Source of the DNA: Planctomycetia bacterium
GTDB taxonomy: Bacteria; Planctomycetota; Planctomycetia; Gemmatales; Gemmataceae
Assembly: GCA_005808665.1 (NCBI GenBank)
Contig: SYLG01000007.1
Coordinates: 54,298-118,297 of the forward strand
Length of the DNA: 64,000 nt
Direction: 5' to 3'
The notes beneath the pieces were generated by a model that worked only from the letters and a program-made list of their open reading frames with translations, made no database searches and was not told the origin of the DNA. Of this stretch, positions 44,901 to 53,574 are shown piece after piece. The position numbers and the translations under genes are program-made. How positions within the stretch are numbered: position 1 is the first letter of the stretch; every line of letters begins with the position of its first letter.

Positions 44901-45304
44901 TTTTTGTGTGTCCCCAAATATGTACCTTTTATTATAAACTGTTTCTTGGCCTTATTTAGGACATCCCATAGTGCCAAACATAAAAAGGAAAGGAAAAAAA
45001 GCAAAAAAACCAGCCAAAAGGTTCCCCACCAGGAAGCAAAGGCCAAATCATTGGGAGTAAATGCAGGCTTTTCCCCCCGGGTGTCTGCTGCTTCACTGAA
45101 ATCCGCCAGGGATTGTGCCGGGTTTTCCAAAAATAGTTGAGCGTATGCCAACATCAAACCAAGGACCCAGAAATGGCTGGCATAAAGGATTCGAAATGCA
45201 GGATGTAAGGGGACGGGAAATTTGGAAGGCCAAAGGAGCCAACCACCTAATCCAATAAGGACAAAGGCGATCAAGGTACCACTAATCGCTTGATCCCATG
45301 TCAA
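44897..45304 (-). CDS. Small membrane protein (3-4 TM), unknown function
   Basis: 135 aa, hydrophobic. Its stop overlaps the ATG of the Aas-like gene (ATGA), which supports translation. Confidence 0.55.
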   Translation of the reverse strand: MTWDQAISGTLIAFVLIGLGGWLLWPSKFPVPLHPAFRILYASHFWVLGLMLAYAQLFLENPAQSLADFSEAADTRGEKPAFTPNDLAFASWWGTFWLVFLLFFLSFLCLALWDVLNKAKKQFIIKGTYLGTHKK

Positions 45305-45338
45305 GTGCAGGTTCCTGTTTTATGAAATCGTTGGGTCC

Positions 45339-46343
45339 TTATTTGACCCTTTGAACCCAAATTCCCAATACTTTGGCAACCTGTTCCATACCCTCGGGGG
45401 AGCAATTCTCTGGCGTGTCGGTTATGCGGTGCCAATGAGGGTAATCAAAGTCAATAATATCTATTGCGGGAATGCCTACCTGGTTAAGGGCAATGTGGTC
45501 ATCCTCAACCGGGGTGCTGCTGTATTTGTCACCACGAAAAAAATGACATTTTTGTTGGAGGGCAATGGTATAAACCTCGGTTACCAATTGGGAAGCGTTC
45601 CACCAACTATTTTGCTCGACAGGAAATCTTGGGTCCCGTCCAGCAATCATGTCGACCAAAACCGCACCAAGATAGGCAGGCCGGTTGGCATTATTTTTCC
45701 AGGTAGTGGCGAAATATTTGGAACCATGGAAATACGAATCTCCTTTCTCAAAAACATACTCTTCCCCATCAAAAAGTACCAAGTCCACCCCACAGGGGGT
45801 TTTCAGATCCTTAAGTTGGGTGGCAAATTCCATGAGAAATGCTGCACCGGCAGCCCCATCATTGGCTCCCGAAAACGATTTGGTTTTTAACCTGGGGTTG
45901 GTTTCCTGGTCTGCGTAGGGTCTGGTATCGTAGTGAGCACATAGAATTATTCGTTTGGATAGCTCTGGTTGAAATGACGCAATCAAATTGGTCATGGCCA
46001 CATCACCTTTTTTGCTTCGGGCCCCTGCCCGAAAATCCTGGTGAATGACCTTGGCTCCACAATCCCGAAAATGGGTGGTTAATAGGTCCTTTTGTTTTTT
46101 CATTGCTTCAGTACCGCAAATTCGCGGTCCCAAATCGCAAATGGTTCGGATATGTTCCATTGCCTTTTTTGAATGAAAAGGCAATGGTGTTTCCATTCCA
46201 CCTCCAATTCGATTTTCAGCAAATTTATCTGCCAAGGGAGCCGGACTGCCCAAGCTGATCATCGAATAGATCAAAACCACCACAAGACCCAAGCCACCCC
46301 AGCGCCAATAAACCCATGGCGAATCATTATTGGGTTGAATCAT
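45339..46343 (-). CDS. M28-family metallopeptidase / glutaminyl-cyclase-like protein, membrane-anchored
   Basis: 334 aa. N-terminal anchor: WGGLGLVVVLIYSMISL. Metal-site motifs: ILCAHYDTRP, GANDGAAGAAFLME, VLFDGEE, IPAIDIIDFDYPHWH. Confidence 0.75.
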   Translation of the reverse strand: MIQPNNDSPWVYWRWGGLGLVVVLIYSMISLGSPAPLADKFAENRIGGGMETPLPFHSKKAMEHIRTICDLGPRICGTEAMKKQKDLLTTHFRDCGAKVIHQDFRAGARSKKGDVAMTNLIASFQPELSKRIILCAHYDTRPYADQETNPRLKTKSFSGANDGAAGAAFLMEFATQLKDLKTPCGVDLVLFDGEEYVFEKGDSYFHGSKYFATTWKNNANRPAYLGAVLVDMIAGRDPRFPVEQNSWWNASQLVTEVYTIALQQKCHFFRGDKYSSTPVEDDHIALNQVGIPAIDIIDFDYPHWHRITDTPENCSPEGMEQVAKVLGIWVQRVK

Positions 46344-46440
46344 TTTTTGGTACCTCCTCTGACCATTGGCACCGGTTCTTAGCCAATCCTACCCAAATCG
46401 GTTCACCATGGCGAGGCGAAACGGATTTAGGAAGCGAATA

Positions 46441-46489
46441 CTGAATAAACCAAAACACCTAAAACCAATTGGATTGGCTTTTAGGTGTT
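46441..46489 (-). terminator. Rho-independent terminator downstream of the PPIase gene (minus strand)
   Basis: 11-bp stem AACACCTAAAA/TTTTAGGTGTT (46454-46464 and 46479-46489) with a 14-nt loop containing the CCAATTGG palindrome. On the minus strand it is followed by TTGGTTTATT. Confidence 0.6.
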
Positions 46490-46517
46490 CTGGCCTGGGT
46501 TTGTTGGGGCAATCGAA

Positions 46518-47603
46518 TTATTGGCCACCCGTTGGTTTTGCAGGGGAGGCTGTCAAAGGAAGTGGGGCTGCGTTGGTCGCTGGGGTGGTTTGAATTTTGG
46601 CGGATTTTCGTAGGTGGGAGGCCAAGTGTTCCCGCAATTTTTCCGAGTAATATTCCTTTACTTCCTCTTTTACTTCATCCAATTTCACTTCTTTGCCTGG
46701 TTTTTTTTCCAAAGGCAAAATCAAATGACATCCAAATTGGGTCATTACAGGGTCACTTAATTGATACGGTTTCAGGGAAAAGGCGGCCTTGGAAAACGGT
46801 TCAATCATTGCTCCTTCGCGGGCAAAAAAACCTACATCCCCTCCTTGCGATTTGGAGGGGCAAATGGATTTTTCTGCGGCCAGTTTGGCAAAGGCCTGGT
46901 CCAATAATTGCATCCGCATTTTCTCCCGGGTTAAATTGTCCGTCCCGGAAGGTAGTTTCGCCAACCCCGCCGCAACTTCTTTTTCCAAGTCCGTGCGGAA
47001 CCCGAGGGCTACCTCCTTGGCAATCTCGGGACTGCTACCCTCTTTGGTGTTTAACAAAATATGCCGAGCCCTAACTGTGGTTCCATCAAAAAAATCTTTG
47101 TTGCCATCAAACATTTGCCGAAGAACCATTGGAGTAGCCTGTTTTTCCAGGAATTTTTCCCACCGAAGCTCTGCAGTTAAATGATTCCTTAGTTCCACCT
47201 CATCCAACTTCAATTCCGTCAGGATTTTGGAAAACTCCTTACCTTCTTTTTTGGCCTCCTCGGCCATTGCGGACAGGCGCAAAACGAGGTCCTGCTGCAA
47301 AACCTCGATTTTGATTTGGACCAAATATTGTTCGATTAAAATATTATCCACCAGGAAATCCAAAACCTCTTGGCGCATTTCAGGCCGTTTGTCCTCTGGA
47401 AACCGATCCAAGGCTCGATCAAGGGCCAGCTGGTTAATGCTGGCTCCATTGGCAAGGGCAACTATTTTTTTGGGATCGTTTGGGACGGTGGGGACCGCTT
47501 GGGAAGTTAAACCAGGGGCAGTGGGTGGTTGAGCTTGTATATGCATGGCTGGGATATGAATTAGCCCAATAAAAACCCAACCAAACCCTATTCTTCTCAT
47601 CAC
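46518..47603 (-). CDS. Parvulin-type peptidyl-prolyl isomerase (SurA/PrsA-like periplasmic chaperone)
   Basis: 361 aa. Signal peptide. PPIC domain: VRARHILL..., CPSKSQGGDVGFFAREGAMIEPFSKAAFSLKPYQLSDPVMTQFGCHLI. Confidence 0.8.
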   Translation of the reverse strand: MMRRIGFGWVFIGLIHIPAMHIQAQPPTAPGLTSQAVPTVPNDPKKIVALANGASINQLALDRALDRFPEDKRPEMRQEVLDFLVDNILIEQYLVQIKIEVLQQDLVLRLSAMAEEAKKEGKEFSKILTELKLDEVELRNHLTAELRWEKFLEKQATPMVLRQMFDGNKDFFDGTTVRARHILLNTKEGSSPEIAKEVALGFRTDLEKEVAAGLAKLPSGTDNLTREKMRMQLLDQAFAKLAAEKSICPSKSQGGDVGFFAREGAMIEPFSKAAFSLKPYQLSDPVMTQFGCHLILPLEKKPGKEVKLDEVKEEVKEYYSEKLREHLASHLRKSAKIQTTPATNAAPLPLTASPAKPTGGQ

Positions 47604-47714
47604 TAAGCTCCATTGCCCTTAATTTCTTCTGCTTTACTCACTACGATTTCGTTTCATAGCAGGAAGAGGGAGTGGAGTCGATAGGATTTGTTTAACGACG
47701 GGCACACAAGTGTG

Positions 47715-47757
47715 GTTTAAATGAAATCACCCCGCCCTATTCGATTGGGCGAGGTGG
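47715..47757 (-). terminator. Probable terminator hairpin downstream of the sugar-isomerase-like gene (minus strand)
   Basis: Stem CACCcCGCCC / GGGCGaGGTG (47728-47737 and 47747-47756, one mismatch). The loop is 9 nt. On the minus strand it is followed by ATTTCATTT. Confidence 0.45.
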
Positions 47758-47782
47758 AAAGGGGTCGAAAAAAGTGGCAAAA

Positions 47783-48952
47783 TCATGCTTTTAGCATTTG
47801 GTCATGACGCATCCCACTCGGCGGTTGGTCCGCTTTATGGCAGTTAGCCAAGGCAATAGTGGCTCCTGCGTGTTGCTCCACATCATTATCCTCCCATTCA
47901 ATGGAAACAGCTCCATCGAAACCAACCCGGTTCAACTCCACAAAAATATCCTCTAGAGAATTCGCATCCCGATCTGTTCCGGCTGTAACAAAATTCCAGC
48001 CGTTGCGCCAATCCCCCATGGATTTATGTCCCCCTAATCGTCCTGCCCGGGTATGTTCACGACCTACCCAAACACCTTTTACATGGACGCAATGAATCCG
48101 GTCCCCAAATTCCCGAATGAAATCTACAACCGACACATTTTGCCATTCCATATGGGATCCATCCAGGTTGAAACCTGCCACCGAGCTATAGCCCGCCTTA
48201 TCCATGGCGGAAAGGTAATCATGTGCGGACTCAATATCACCCATAGCCCTTTCACTTGGATGGCATTCCAAGTCAAAAGTGGTTCCATAATGTTTGCATG
48301 CATCAAGTACAGGACCGAATCGCTCTACCAGGAGGTCCAAGCTTGTGTTGCGGACATCGGGAATAGGATACCCCCCCAATTCCGTAGGTAAGGGCGGGAA
48401 AAGAAACCAATGGCTCCAACAATTGGCTGGAGATCCGGTAAAGCCGGATAGTGCAATTTTGCGATCCTCCTGTTTGCCTATGAAATGGGCAAGACGAACG
48501 GACGCCAGCAAGGAGTCCAAGGCCTGTTTTTGTACCAAAGCACCAACCTCATCAGGCACATAATAAGGATTTGTCATGGAAGGATTATTACCCTTGGAAC
48601 GCCATGTTTTATAAGCTTCCAATGCCTCGCCACCTACAAATTGCAAAGTCTTGGCACTGGGCTCATCCCCCAGGGCTTGCCCTTGCAAATGAGTTGCCAA
48701 AGTGAAAATTTCAAGGCCATTGTTTTTGGCAAGAGCGACGCGTTCCTTTGCATACGCCTCTGCTCCTTTATCATCGCGACAACGATCCAAATCCAATTCC
48801 CAAGTGGCTTCTTCCCAACCATCAAAACCGGTGGCAGCAATGAATTTGACCCATTGGTCCATTGGAACATTTCCAAATTGTCCCCGAACCAAACCAATTT
48901 GGTGATAGGAGTGCTTGCCAAAACGATGCTTGGTAGTTTGTTTATGACCCAT
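47783..48952 (-). CDS. Xylose-isomerase-like TIM-barrel protein (sugar phosphate isomerase/epimerase family)
   Basis: 389 aa. Motifs: FDGWEEATWELD, FDLECHPSE, GDRIHCVHVKG, FDGAVSIEWED, typical of the AP_endonuc_2/xylose-isomerase-like fold. The substrate is unknown. Confidence 0.7.
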   Translation of the reverse strand: MGHKQTTKHRFGKHSYHQIGLVRGQFGNVPMDQWVKFIAATGFDGWEEATWELDLDRCRDDKGAEAYAKERVALAKNNGLEIFTLATHLQGQALGDEPSAKTLQFVGGEALEAYKTWRSKGNNPSMTNPYYVPDEVGALVQKQALDSLLASVRLAHFIGKQEDRKIALSGFTGSPANCWSHWFLFPPLPTELGGYPIPDVRNTSLDLLVERFGPVLDACKHYGTTFDLECHPSERAMGDIESAHDYLSAMDKAGYSSVAGFNLDGSHMEWQNVSVVDFIREFGDRIHCVHVKGVWVGREHTRAGRLGGHKSMGDWRNGWNFVTAGTDRDANSLEDIFVELNRVGFDGAVSIEWEDNDVEQHAGATIALANCHKADQPPSGMRHDQMLKA

Positions 48953-49278
48953 GCGAAATCTCCGTGGAAGGAATGGAAAACATTGTCTTATCTGGTTTAG
49001 GTTTTATCCCCTTGTCCGGCGAGCGTTTTTACCCAAGTCGGTTGAACCGGGCAACCAGAAATGTGGAGTATAGGATGGATTGGTTTTCAAAGTGGACCTT
49101 TGCCATGTCTTGGGACAGCGGTGTTGGACCCAAAACGGTTGCCCCCGTTTGATTTGAAACTAACTTCCGTGATCCAAACGGGCAATTCATTTTGCCAAGG
49201 GAATGGGTTAAATGCGTTGCCACCAATTCAACAAATTCGGGGATAGGGCCCTTAAGGGTTAGGATGTATATTAACCCA

Positions 49279-50226
49279 ATGAATGCTGCCATTGAATGCA
49301 ACAATTTGACAAAAACCTATCCGGGAAAACCACCGGTTGAGGCAGTTAAAGGTATTTCCTTACAGATCAGGCGAGGGGAATGTTTTGGGATATTAGGGCC
49401 AAACGGGGCCGGGAAAACTACCACCCTGGAGCTTATGGAGGGTTTGTTAATACCAACCTCTGGTTCGGTAAAGGTATTAGGGAAAACTTGGCAAAAAGAT
49501 GGAGGTTGGTTAAGGGAAAAAACCGGGATCAGCCTCCAGGAAACCAAGTTATCCGAAGAATTGACGGTTTTGGAAACCATTCGTCTTTTTGCCAGCTTTT
49601 ATGAAGATTCTGCCCACCCCCAAGACATCATTTCCCAAGTTTCCCTGGAGTCCAAATCGTCATCCCTGATTGGGAAACTTTCGGGGGGACAAAAACAGCG
49701 GGTTGCCCTGGCATGTGCTTTGGTGGGTAAGCCGGAATTGTTATTTCTGGATGAGCCTACCACCGGTCTTGATCCCCAATCCCGGAGGCAAGTTTGGGAA
49801 ATGATTCAAAAATTTCAGGCAGGGGGGGGGACCATCCTCATCACAACGCATTACATGGACGAGGCCGAAAAACTATGTGGAGAGTTGGCTATCGTCGACC
49901 AGGGTAAAATCATTGCTCAGGGCTCACCTGGGCACCTGATCAAGGAATTCGGTGGTCAAACACGAATTGAAGTGGATTTTCTTGAGCCTGGCCCGGATCC
50001 CGATTGGATTTTGCCCCATGCGGAAATATCCCAATTGTGCGAAGTAGGTCCAAACAGGTTTCTCCTTCAGACCTCATCGTTAATTGATTCCTTGCCAAAG
50101 GTGCTTGCCGCCGCAACATCTGCAGGCCAATCCATTCAAACCATCCGAACGCACCAGCCAACCCTTGAGGATGTGTTTGTTGGTTTGACAGGAAGACATC
50201 TCCGGGATGAGGTGGCCGGACCATGA
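49279..50226 (+). CDS. ABC transporter ATP-binding protein (ABC-2/DrrA-type exporter)
   Basis: ORF 49192..50226. I prefer the start at MNAAIECNNLTKTY (49279); an alternative ATG lies at 49264. Walker A GPNGAGKTT, signature LSGGQKQRVALA, Walker B LLFLDEPTTGLD. Confidence 0.85.
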   Translation: MNAAIECNNLTKTYPGKPPVEAVKGISLQIRRGECFGILGPNGAGKTTTLELMEGLLIPTSGSVKVLGKTWQKDGGWLREKTGISLQETKLSEELTVLETIRLFASFYEDSAHPQDIISQVSLESKSSSLIGKLSGGQKQRVALACALVGKPELLFLDEPTTGLDPQSRRQVWEMIQKFQAGGGTILITTHYMDEAEKLCGELAIVDQGKIIAQGSPGHLIKEFGGQTRIEVDFLEPGPDPDWILPHAEISQLCEVGPNRFLLQTSSLIDSLPKVLAAATSAGQSIQTIRTHQPTLEDVFVGLTGRHLRDEVAGP

Positions 50227-51290
50227 ACCCAAACCCGTGGAAGAAATCCTGGACATCCGGTCCCCTGGCCCAATTGGTTTACACTCGCCTCATCGAGTTT
50301 ACACGGGAACCGCAAGCCGTTTTTTGGGTCTATTTTTTTCCTTTGTTGATGGCCTTTTCCCTGGGAATTGCCTTTCGTGAAAAACCGGCGGAAAACCTCA
50401 AAATTTGCTTGGTAGGCAATTCCCTCTCCCATGCGAAATGGAACCTGGACAATGCCTCCGGGTTTGTATTTTCCAATGAAAGCAGGGAGGTAGCCCTTGG
50501 TCTGCTTCGAAGGGGCAGGGTGGATGCCGTTTTGGAATCCAGGTTGGAAAACGGGGAAAATCAACCATTGTTTCATACCGATCCAACCCGATCCGAATCC
50601 GCTTTGGCAAAGGCAAGGCTTGAAACCCACCTTGCCTACCTGAATCAGCCTACCTTAAAACCGATTCCCGAGTTGTTCCTGGATTTGGGGGGGCTTCGGT
50701 ACATTGATTTTTTGATTCCGGGTCTTTTGGGAATCAACCTGATGGGGGGTGGACTTTGGGGGGTAGGATACGCCCTTGTTGACCTTCGGGTTCGAAAACT
50801 GTTAAAGCGATTTGCAGCCACCCCAATGCTTGTTCGTGATTTGTTACTTGGCATTGCCATTAGCCGGTTTATTTTTACCGCAGGGCAAGTGGTCATCCTG
50901 TTGGGAACATCATGGCTGGTATTTGGTGTTCAAATCCGGGGAAGTTTTTTTGATTTTTGTGTTCTTGTTATTTTAGGTGGATTTTGTTTCCTATCCATTG
51001 GGTTATTGGTTGCAAGTCGTGCAACGAAATATGAAAGCGTTAATGGCATCATGAATTTGGTTATGCTTCCTATGTATGTTTTTTCTGGAGTATTTTTTTC
51101 CGCTGAAAGATTTCCGGAAATGTTGGCACCTATCATTCGCATTTTACCCCTAACCGCACTTAATGATTCGCTTAGGGCGGTAATGAACGAAGGGAGATCC
51201 CTTTCCCTTCTTGGATTTGAAATTATGGTTATGGGGTTATGGACAGCTGTAACCATGGGTTTGGCTCTCCGGCTATTTCGTTGGAGATAG
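50223..51290 (+). CDS. ABC-2 family transporter permease
   Basis: 355 aa. ATGA overlap with the ATPase gene. One N-terminal TM segment, a periplasmic loop and 5 C-terminal TM segments. Confidence 0.8.
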   Translation: MNPNPWKKSWTSGPLAQLVYTRLIEFTREPQAVFWVYFFPLLMAFSLGIAFREKPAENLKICLVGNSLSHAKWNLDNASGFVFSNESREVALGLLRRGRVDAVLESRLENGENQPLFHTDPTRSESALAKARLETHLAYLNQPTLKPIPELFLDLGGLRYIDFLIPGLLGINLMGGGLWGVGYALVDLRVRKLLKRFAATPMLVRDLLLGIAISRFIFTAGQVVILLGTSWLVFGVQIRGSFFDFCVLVILGGFCFLSIGLLVASRATKYESVNGIMNLVMLPMYVFSGVFFSAERFPEMLAPIIRILPLTALNDSLRAVMNEGRSLSLLGFEIMVMGLWTAVTMGLALRLFRWR

Positions 51291-51356
51291 CGTTCCTGGC
51301 CTTTCTTCAATAGGGTTTTACTCCTAAAAAGTCCATTTCCTTTAGATTCCCGGGGA

Positions 51357-53159
51357 GTGTCCGTCTTGGCTCTGATCGTTCAAAAATTTGGCGGTTCCAG
51401 CGTTGCAAACGCCGCAAGGGTTATGGCAGCTGCCCGAAAAGCCATCAAGGCAAAACAGGCGGGGAACCAAGTGATTGTGGTGGTATCTGCCCGGGGAGAC
51501 ACCACCGATGACCTGATCCAATTAGCCAGGGAGATCACAGAAAACCCACCCGCACGGGAAATGGATATGTTGTTGGCTACCGGGGAACAAATTTCAATTG
51601 CCCTATTAGCAATGGCAATTGCCACCTTAGGCGAAAAAGCGGTAAGCCTCACCGGGGCACAAGTTGGCATTGTAACCGACAGTTTTCACACAAAAGCACG
51701 CATAAAAAGCATTTCCACGAATCGCATGCGAATGGCCTTGATGGAGGGTAACATTGCCATAGTTGCCGGGTTTCAGGGAATGGATGAAAAGGAAAACATA
51801 ACCACCCTGGGCCGGGGTGGCTCGGATACTACCGCAGTCGCCCTGGCAGCGGTAATGAAAACCGAAGGGGTTGAAGGGAACAAGGTAGATTGTGAAATCT
51901 ATACCGATGTGGATGGAATATACACTACGGATCCCCGGTTGGTTCCTGAAGCCAGAAAAATTGATTTCATCAGTTATGATGAAATGTTGGAGTTATCGTC
52001 AGTTGGGGCGGGGGTTATGCATTCAAGGAGCATTGAATTTGCCCGAAAGTTTGATGTTCCCGTTTTGGTTTGTTCAAGCTTTGGTGAGGCTACTGGGACC
52101 TGGATTATTCCTGAACAATCCTGGATGGCCGATTCCCCGGTAAGGGGGGTTGCCTTGGTTAAGGATGAAGCTCGAATTGCCATTCTTGATGTTCCTGATC
52201 GACCCGGAATTAGCCATCAATTCTTTACCGCATTGGCGTCAAGTGCCATTGTGGTTGACATGATAGCCCAAAATGTGAGTCGAAATGGGAAAACTACGAT
52301 TGGCTTCACGGTTCCGACCGAAGATTTGAAAAACACGCTGGCTATTTTGGCTCCATTGGCTGAGGGACTTGGGGCAATCGTAGAAAACTCTGGGGAAGTA
52401 TCCAAAGTTTCCATTGTGGGTGTTGGTATGAGAAACCACACCGGTGTCGCCCAACGAATGTTTAAGGCCATCGCCAAAGAGGGAATTCATCTCAGGATGA
52501 TAACCACCGCCGATATAAAAATTTCCGTATTGGTGGAAAAATCCGAAGGAATCCAGGCACTTCGGGCTGTGCACCAGGAATTTGGCTTGGGACAAATCGA
52601 AACCAAAGGCATTCAGGGCGATCGTTATTCTTCATTGGGTGCAGGTTATACCGATTTGGTTTCCATTACCAATCGACTTCCCAACATGGAGGACATCCTC
52701 GTCACAGAGGTTTCCGTTGAATCCGAACAGGGCCGGATTACAGTTTTTCAATTACCCGACCTGCCTGGAACTTGTTCCAGCATATTTGGATCAATAGCCC
52801 AGGCGGGAATTGTAGTCGATATGATCGTGCAAAATGTTCATTCGCAAGGGGTTGATTTAAGTTTTTCGGTGCTCGCCGGAAACCTTCCATTTGCTTTGGA
52901 AATAACCGAGAAATGGATTGGGATCCATGCAAAAAATGCTACAGTTGCGGCGGATCCCGATATTACTGCCATTCATGTCCACGGTGTTGGAATGCGGACG
53001 CATACAGGGGTAGCCTCGAAAATGTTTGGCGTTCTTGCCAATCTGGGAATCAATATCAACATGATTAACACCAGTGAAATGAAAATTAGCGTGGTTGTAG
53101 ATCAGGATAAAGCCGGAATGGCTGTGAACGCTTTGAAGGAAGTATTTCAAATTTCTTGA
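51357..53159 (+). CDS. lysC: Aspartate kinase, long form with duplicated ACT-domain pairs
   Basis: 600 aa. GTG 51357, or TTG 51366 giving MALIVQKFGGSSV. Motifs: VVVVSARGDTTD, LGRGGSDTTA. Two successive ACT-pair regions: IAILDVPDRPGISHQFF... and ITVFQLPDLPGTCSSIF... Confidence 0.9.
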   Translation: MSVLALIVQKFGGSSVANAARVMAAARKAIKAKQAGNQVIVVVSARGDTTDDLIQLAREITENPPAREMDMLLATGEQISIALLAMAIATLGEKAVSLTGAQVGIVTDSFHTKARIKSISTNRMRMALMEGNIAIVAGFQGMDEKENITTLGRGGSDTTAVALAAVMKTEGVEGNKVDCEIYTDVDGIYTTDPRLVPEARKIDFISYDEMLELSSVGAGVMHSRSIEFARKFDVPVLVCSSFGEATGTWIIPEQSWMADSPVRGVALVKDEARIAILDVPDRPGISHQFFTALASSAIVVDMIAQNVSRNGKTTIGFTVPTEDLKNTLAILAPLAEGLGAIVENSGEVSKVSIVGVGMRNHTGVAQRMFKAIAKEGIHLRMITTADIKISVLVEKSEGIQALRAVHQEFGLGQIETKGIQGDRYSSLGAGYTDLVSITNRLPNMEDILVTEVSVESEQGRITVFQLPDLPGTCSSIFGSIAQAGIVVDMIVQNVHSQGVDLSFSVLAGNLPFALEITEKWIGIHAKNATVAADPDITAIHVHGVGMRTHTGVASKMFGVLANLGININMINTSEMKISVVVDQDKAGMAVNALKEVFQIS

Positions 53160-53574
53160 AACATGGGGAAAATGTTTGCGAATAGGCTTCCTTCCCGTTC
53201 GTAACCTGCCTTGATACCCCGGTTGTATTTCTCCCGCTTCCAACCCTAATCGAATAGGCCCCACCGGCCCCGTCCATTCATTACATGGACGGGGGCGTTC
53301 AGTAATGCACTTTTACAAACCTGGAACTTACTCGAAACACCTTGCTTTTTGCGTCATTTTTGAAAAAGAAACCAGGAATGGGTTGCCAGATCCCCATGGC
53401 TAATTCCAAGGTGTGTCCATTTCAAAACCAGTCCATGGGGTTACGGTGGCGAAGGTAATGAACCCGGTGTGAATATATTTTGGCCTTTTTATCAGGGTGG
53501 TGAGATTAATCAAACCACCCAATGGAGCCAATAAATTTTCCCGTAAGCTGCTTAAACCCATGGGTATTTTTTGA

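Noticed and set aside
46469-47074. 201-aa plus-strand ORF opposite the PPIase gene.
   Set aside because: The minus-strand parvulin-type PPIase has clear motifs. The plus ORF starts inside the terminator hairpin region and has no recognisable features.
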